Below the pieces are notes generated by a model, which was not told where the DNA came from, did not search any database, and saw only the letters and a list, made by a program, of their open reading frames with translations. Made by a program: the position numbers and the translations under genes. A stretch of 63,999 nt of DNA, filler included, from Vicugna vicugna (lineage: Eukaryota), in assembly GCA_013265495.1 (NCBI GenBank). It is 73 parts of 71 records of this genome, joined end to end, with 100 filler letters (N's around TTAATTAATTAA, not from the genome) between each part and the next. Parts side by side here need not be neighbours in the genome. Positions count along the whole stretch, not along the records: positions 61,482 to 63,387 come from MU059813.1; positions 63,488 to 63,999 come from PNXW01011246.1; 71 more parts are not named here. The stretch is one strand, 5' to 3'. Each line of letters begins with the position of its first letter. The stretch's first letter is position 1. This document shows positions 62,761 through 63,999 of the stretch, in pieces.

Positions 62761-62932
62761 TTGTAGCATCTACCTTTTTTTTTCATTACGCCCGGGTAGC
62801 GGGTTTTTTATTTTCTTTTCTNNNNNNNNNNNNNNNNNNNNNNNNNNNNNNNNNNNNNNNNNNNNNNNNNNNNNNNNNNNNNNNNNNNNNNNNNNNNNNN
62901 NNNNNNNNNNNNNNNNNNNNNNNNNNNNNNNN

Positions 62933-63387
62933 GTTAATGTTTTTTTTAACTTTTTTATTGATTTACATACATTTTACAAAGTTGTCTCCAATTCCAGCGT
63001 AGAGCACAATTTTTCAGTTACAAAAAAAATATACATTTGATGTCCCATTTTTCATTTTTATGATGCCATAAGATCTTTTATACATTTCCCTGTGCTATAC
63101 AGAAAAATCCTGCTTATCTATTCTACAATTTTGACCTCCCAGTCTATCTCTTCCCACCCCCAGCCATATGGAAAACAAAATTTTATATTCTATGACTGCA
63201 AGTCTATTTCTGTTTTTTATTTGTGCTTTTTTTGTTTTGTTTTGTTTTGTTTTTTGATTCCACTGATGAGCCATTTCATATGGTATTTTTCTTTGTATTT
63301 CTAGCTAACTTCACTTAGACTGATTTTCCCCAGGATCATCCTTGTTGCTGAAAAAGGCGTTATGTTGTCAGTTTATATGGCTGGCTT
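62933..63387 (-). mobile_element. L1 3' end (camelid-type)
   Basis: T-rich tail, then TTTCCCTGTGCTATACAG...CTAACTTCACTTAGA. Confidence 0.82.
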
Positions 63388-63487
63388 NNNNNNNNNNNNN
63401 NNNNNNNNNNNNNNNNNNNNNNNNNNNNNNNTTAATTAATTAANNNNNNNNNNNNNNNNNNNNNNNNNNNNNNNNNNNNNNNNNNNN

Positions 63488-63999
63488 GTTGATGGTATGT
63501 GGATTACTGATCTTTTCTCCTCTATAAATGGAGTATTTTCACATAGAATCTTGTTCTCATATTTACAAACTTATCCTTACACCAGTTTTTAATTCGTGCA
63601 TTTTTCACAGAAAAGTACTTCTGGATCTATTTCCAACTAATAGATATGTAATTTACATAAATTCGATCAACATGGCATTCGGTTTCCGTATATTTTACAT
63701 GCATGAAGTATTCGATAAACATGCGATTTTGAGTTGTGAGCATGTGGATTACTGACCTTTCATCCACCAAACAAGGCATATATACACTTAGAAATATTTA
63801 CTCTGACTTCATAGGTTTTTTCTATCACCAGGTTTTAAAATCGGACATTTTAGGACATTTTGCACCAGAAAACACTCTTTGAGCGAATCCTCACCAATAC
63901 ACATGTAATTTACATTGTTAATATAACCATGGGATTCTGAATTCAGAACATGAATCATGCATCACGGATTCCAGAAACATGCATTTCTGAGTTGTGAAC
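63488..63999 (-). repeat. SatB satellite
   Basis: SatB motifs. Confidence 0.92.

Overview
This is not contiguous genome. It is a concatenated pseudo-scaffold of about 73 tiny unplaced mammalian scaffolds (0.3-2 kb, many with internal N gaps). Each join is an artificial 100-bp spacer, N44-TTAATTAATTAA-N44, so adjacency between pieces has no biological meaning. A tRNA-Ala-derived Vic-1-type SINE and cetartiodactyl-type L1 ends point to a camelid, most likely alpaca or a relative (inference). About 42 of 73 pieces are satellite DNA in five families. SatA has a ~248-bp monomer. SatB is a ~741-bp trimer of ~247-bp monomers and is collinear with SatA. SatC is a homogeneous CpG-rich 266-267-bp monomer. 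SatD consists of diverged 256-267-bp monomers homologous to SatC. SatE is a (TTCnnnn)n heptamer with 63/126/189/~250-bp higher-order periods. The rest is L1/SINE/MIR/MER20/LTR debris and a few gene fragments: two MKS1 exons, a TRAV12-like V gene, a degenerate DYRK1A kinase exon (likely a duplicated pseudo-copy), and CpG-island promoter-like pieces with NRF1 motifs. Nearly all ORFs in the track are artefacts of N runs or satellites. I find no complete novel gene system. The most interesting signals are the satellite family relationships and HOR variants, a telomere-like insertion in SatC, and the damaged DYRK1A exon. Satellite names A-E and their strand labels are my own arbitrary conventions.
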